Of a stretch of DNA of 64,000 bases, positions 58,007-64,000 are shown piece by piece. A program made the translations under genes and the position numbers. Under the pieces are notes generated by a model. It was not told where the DNA came from. It saw only the letters and a program-made list of their open reading frames with translations, and did not search any database. Position 1 is the first letter of the stretch. The number at the start of each line of letters is the position of its first letter. Source of the stretch: Eledone cirrhosa (lineage: Eukaryota); NCBI GenBank assembly GCA_964016885.1, contig OZ024745.1, forward strand, positions 38,998,001 through 39,062,000, in the 5' to 3' direction.

Positions 58007-58077
<71 letters not shown>

Positions 58078-58104
58078 ATATTTATATATATTTATATATA
58101 TATA

Positions 58105-58136
<32 letters not shown>

Positions 58137-58139
<3 letters not shown>

Positions 58140-59042
58140 ATAATAATACATTTGAAGACTAAAATCCAAAGAGGGCTCGATAAGGATAAATATGTATCAA
58201 ATATATAGGAACCGTAGAGCAAATATTTATTAAAATAACAGATTAACGTTTAAGCAAAGAATCGCTGCTTTCACCCTTAACGGGATCTTCTGAAACTAAC
58301 AAATGTATCTGTAAACGCAGAAGTGGATATTTCAAAAAACGTTGCAACCGGAGGAAGACAGGAAGACGATACTTTGGTTCGTGGAAAGGTTCGCTGTCAA
58401 AGAACGGGAAAAAACGAATATAATACGTCATTAATAGGAGCGGTGAAAAACAAGTACGCGCAAAGACAGAACCACGTTTATGCTATAAAAGAGGTCGTTG
58501 ACTAATGTTCTCTTAGGTGGTTCATAGAGACGTTCTCTGGCAATGAACGAAAAAAACGAAGATAATTCGTCATATGTGGAGCGTAGAGTACAATAGCACG
58601 CAAAGACAAAATCACGTAAATAGTATAACAGAAGTCGTAAACTAAATTTCTAACTAGGAGACCGAATGAATCTCCGCTACAGAGTTAAGAACAAAGTAAA
58701 TAAATACAATACAGAAGTAATAGAAATAAATAAATACATACACACAAACAAATACGTACATACACAAGCATACGCAAAACACTTACCATAGGTATACAAA
58801 ACCACGCACATATAACGTGGTTCTGTCTTTGCGCGTAATTGTTTTTCACCGCTCCTATTAATGACGTATTATATTCGTTTTTTCCCGTTCTTTGCCAGCG
58901 AACGTTTCCACGAAGCAAAGTATCATCTTCCTGTCTCCCTCCGGTTGCAACGTTTTTGAAATATCCACTTCTGCGTTTACAGATTGACTTTGTTAAGGGT
59001 GAAAGCAGCGATTCTTTGCTTAAACTTTAATCTGTTATTTTA

Positions 59043-59050
<8 letters not shown>
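58137..59050. mobile_element. Longest family C palindromic PLE derivative (non-coding)
   Basis: Arms ~58222-58477 and ~58814-59050, left tail, internal diverged tandem repeat. Confidence 0.85.
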
Positions 59051-59133
<83 letters not shown>

Positions 59134-59206
59134 AATATATATATATATGTAAATATATATATATATATATATGTAAATATATATATATGTATATATAAAT
59201 ATATAT

Positions 59207-59281
<75 letters not shown>

Positions 59282-59306
59282 AATATATATATATATAAAT
59301 ATAAAT

Positions 59307-60378
<1,072 letters not shown>

Positions 60379-61243
60379 CGTTCTTATGTTTTTTAATCAA
60401 TTGACTTCGTATAATCAAAGACAATTTGAATATGTTCGTTTATATTTCGTGAGATTCCATAAAATTAAATGCCCTTGGAAAGATAATATTATATAATGAC
60501 TGATCTATGAGTTCTTACATTTTTATCTTTAATTTTATGTGATATTCTTTCTATAAATTTTAATTATTGTGAACTTATTTAGATATGTTGAAAATATTAC
60601 AGTATATTCATCAAATATTTACAAATCCGTTTACTTAAAATTGACTTTTGAAATAAACACGAAGTTATATAACATCAGTTCATGTAAATGTGCCGTGTTC
60701 CTGGTAGGCAATATTGCAATTGTGTTTTACCGAAGAAGAGAAAGATGTTTGTCCCAAGTCCTCGTAATCTGACTGACCAAGTTTCACGATGTTATTGAAA
60801 GCATCATATTATGCTGATTGAAAGTACCGCCGATAAGACAACGTATCGAGTTCTATCTATATTATTGACTATTAGATGTAGATCTTTTACATGAACGCTT
60901 GTGCTGTTTAAGCGATATTACAAGGCTTTTAATAACATTCTTGCAAACTATGATGGTCGACCTCTGTGGAACATACAGACCTTCCATGCAAAAACACATT
61001 TATGGCAGGAAACACTTGATTACGTGCATCACATTCATTGCCAAATCAGTAGCATTTTAAAATCAAGAAGCGGAAAAGATTACGCAACATATTTTGTACA
61101 ACATTCTATCAATTCTGACAGTACGCCTTCGAAGAACTAAAATTGTTTCACATAATCTAATCCACTGTTTTCACATATATAGGTAAATAACCATCTAGAA
61201 ATAAATGAAAAGAAAAATAAGAAAGAACACACAAAATCGCGCG

Positions 61244-61293
<50 letters not shown>

Positions 61294-62117
61294 ATGACAC
61301 ATATGTATTTGTATAATGGCGAAAAATGTCACCAAAGAAAAGGCATTTAATCAGGCTGTCTCCAGATAGAAACCCCGAGGAATATTCGCGATGGCTGTAT
61401 TTCGTACGCGATGTTTTTGTAGTGGCATTTTATCTGGAAATACTGCCTTTTCAATATATTCATATTATCCGGTACTACACGCTAACAACAATGAACGAAT
61501 CCTGTTTTTGCTTCGTCTATATGACACAGCCATATATTGTGTATTGTTTCATTAATTTACAGTTAATTAGCTCCTTCATGTGATCTTCATAGACATGATC
61601 TTCCAATAAAAAATTGATTTCCCTCTCTAGGCTTACTTTTTGCATGTGACCTCGGTAGATGTCTATTACCCATTTAGTTTTGACGATGTTGATATCACTA
61701 TATTTGATAAATGGATTTGATTGATTAACATCTACACGAACACACTATCCCATACATCCATTCCAATCCCTCCCTTCCAATAATGGTACTGTTTTTCTTA
61801 GAAGGCGTACCAAAATCAGAAATATATTCGGCTATATTTTATCTTTTGCGACTTACACATCACCAGCACCAATACTTCGTCTTTACATATAGATTAATGA
61901 AGTACCACGCGATTGCACAAACATCGTGTTTAACAAGAAATGTGAAACATCCCTTAACATATATTACGAGATTGCCGTGTCGGATGTAAATCTCAGTTTT
62001 GACGATCAAGACAGAGGGTGCTACGATAATCTAAACTATAATAAAGTAAGAAGCGCGGGATTGCGTACGGTTTATAATTGTTTATCCCATTAGTAAAATA
62101 AGTTGGATTACTTTCAA

Positions 62118-62240
62118 TAAATAATTGTTTCTACTTTTGGCACAAGGCCTGCAATTATTCCAGTGTATTTCTGGTACTTTATATTATCGACCCCGCAAGG
62201 ATGAACAGCAAGTTAACCTCGGCGGGATTTGAATTCAGTC
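62118..62240 (-). mobile_element. Partial SINE family 1
   Basis: B-box remnant, core and 3' end. Confidence 0.8.
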
Positions 62241-62985
62241 CCTTTACGGACTTTGAATAAATAATAAATGAATATTACATAATTTATCTACTAAATGTTG
62301 TGGCTGTTCATTAAATATATTTTATTATTTATTTAAAGATTCACTTCTTTAAAATTTCCAAATGTCAACACTTCCGGTGGCGATTGTTTAAATAAACATA
62401 CTAATTTTCTCCTAATGAGAATATATTTATATATAATATCATCTTTTTTTTAACGTATCATGGATTACTTTACTGATTACATAAGAGAGTCTAACACAGT
62501 CTTCGTTCAATTTCTATGTATATTGTCAATTACGATTTTATATGATGTATCATATCTACATGTACATATACTTGCCTATAATATCAATGTGCACAATACA
62601 AAAGCGAGCAGAAAACCACCCGAAGAGTGGTTTTTCTGCTAGTTACATATACATTTAATGAGCAGAAATATTCAGAACAAAATGACATGTGCATTCGCGC
62701 GTTCCACTTTCAAAGTTGGTCTATGTTGATGAGATAGGTGCATTTAAATAACTCCTTATTTTGGGGTGCATTGTCTGTTTTCTTCCTCTAAAGGATCCCT
62801 CGATTTCAGCTTCGAAATCATTTTAAACTCACCAACGTTCATTTGAAATTTCTTCATCTTAGCTCTATGTCAAAGTTTCCTCTATTCCACAAGAACATTT
62901 TCATTTTAATTACATTTTTTAAAAAATGATTTTAGGAAATCTGTCAAATCCTAGCTAATGTAGCAAATATCAATTAATTTCGAAG

Positions 62986-63425
62986 TCATTTGTTTTTATG
63001 TATATTGCTCTTGTGTACGTTGTTACTGCGGTCGCTGTCGTGAGTGTTGGTTATGTTACATATGTCATCCGGTAAATCCTTCAAATTCACAGAGAATATA
63101 TTGTTAAATATTTCCTGTTTTAATGATATTTTGCCATTGGTTGCAATCAAAGCGGAATTTTCTCTTTTAACTTTGAAGGAATCCATAAGCATGTCCATAG
63201 TAATTTGATTTACTCTGGCTGCGTTTCTGTAGAAGATGCGCTGTAAGTAGTGTTTCTCAAGAATTCCGTTTTGTTTATAATTCCATCCTAGTTGTTCAAG
63301 GCAATATTGTTGTTTTTGAAGTGTTGAATTTATCATTGATCTTCCCAGGAATTACTAGAAAACAAAATCGTCTGACAGGTTTAGTAACCTCAGTAACTCT
63401 GTGGGAAGCTCGTCGATAGAGTGTA
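62986..63425 (-). pseudogene. Possible decayed death-domain-like coding exon
   Basis: SIDELPTELLRLLNLSDDFVSSNSWED, then after a frameshift LEQLGWNYKQ..ITMDMLMDSF; non-repetitive composition; similarity judged by eye only. Confidence 0.25.
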
Positions 63426-63654
63426 TTTGAAAATTATATATCTAGCACAGACACCTGTTGTGCAACGATAACACGGCACGAGCGTTGAGCACTGAAGACA
63501 TAATTCATTACGGAATATTAAACAGTATACTCATCTGCAAATTCCTACAAATACACAGACATGTACACACATCCACATACATATTTTCACACACACACAT
63601 ACACACACACACAACCTATAGACACACACCCACCCACTCACACACATACACACA

Positions 63655-63704
<50 letters not shown>

Positions 63705-64000
63705 GGTGATTGTGATACTATAAAATTGGAAGTTATTGTAGTGAAATAATAAGGAAGAAAGTGGTTATTATGAATTAATATAATACAAATTCATTTCGTT
63801 ATTATTGAAAAATTAAAAACGTAAACAATAAAAGGATAATATAAAAACATTTATATTTTCTAGACAAAGAAAAATTACAAATATAATATTTGTAGATTTT
63901 TTAATAAAGATTCGAAGCATCAAATAATTATAACGTTTTTAGTTGAAATATATTTTGATATTTTATAGTTGAAACGTATTTTATCTATTGGTGTGAGTGT

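Overview
AT-rich eukaryotic DNA dense in (TA)n, (GA)n and (CA)n microsatellites. The SINE content suggests an octopus-like mollusc, which is an inference. No intact host gene is evident. The window is dominated by Penelope-like retroelements (PLEs) of the Naiad type, with RT motif YRDD, a CxCx5CPLx3C linker and a C-terminal GIY-YIG endonuclease. One ORF is near full length (28180-30558), several copies are 5'-truncated, and about 15 short palindromic derivatives from at least 9 families sit in (TA)n. A decayed Tx1/L1-clade LINE (45.5-50.4 kb, minus), tRNA-derived SINEs and an RTE remnant are also present. Main observation: most PLE insertions are two outward-facing 3' ends, one carrying a tail and one stopping at a fixed internal site. 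In 8 otherwise dissimilar families that tail begins with the same covarying stem (RCUC...UC-bulge-GAGY), and in the 7 with a short arm the arm ends about 2-8 nt upstream of it. Hammerhead ribozyme motifs lie further upstream, and the inversion junctions cluster on them. All coordinates and pairings were read by eye.
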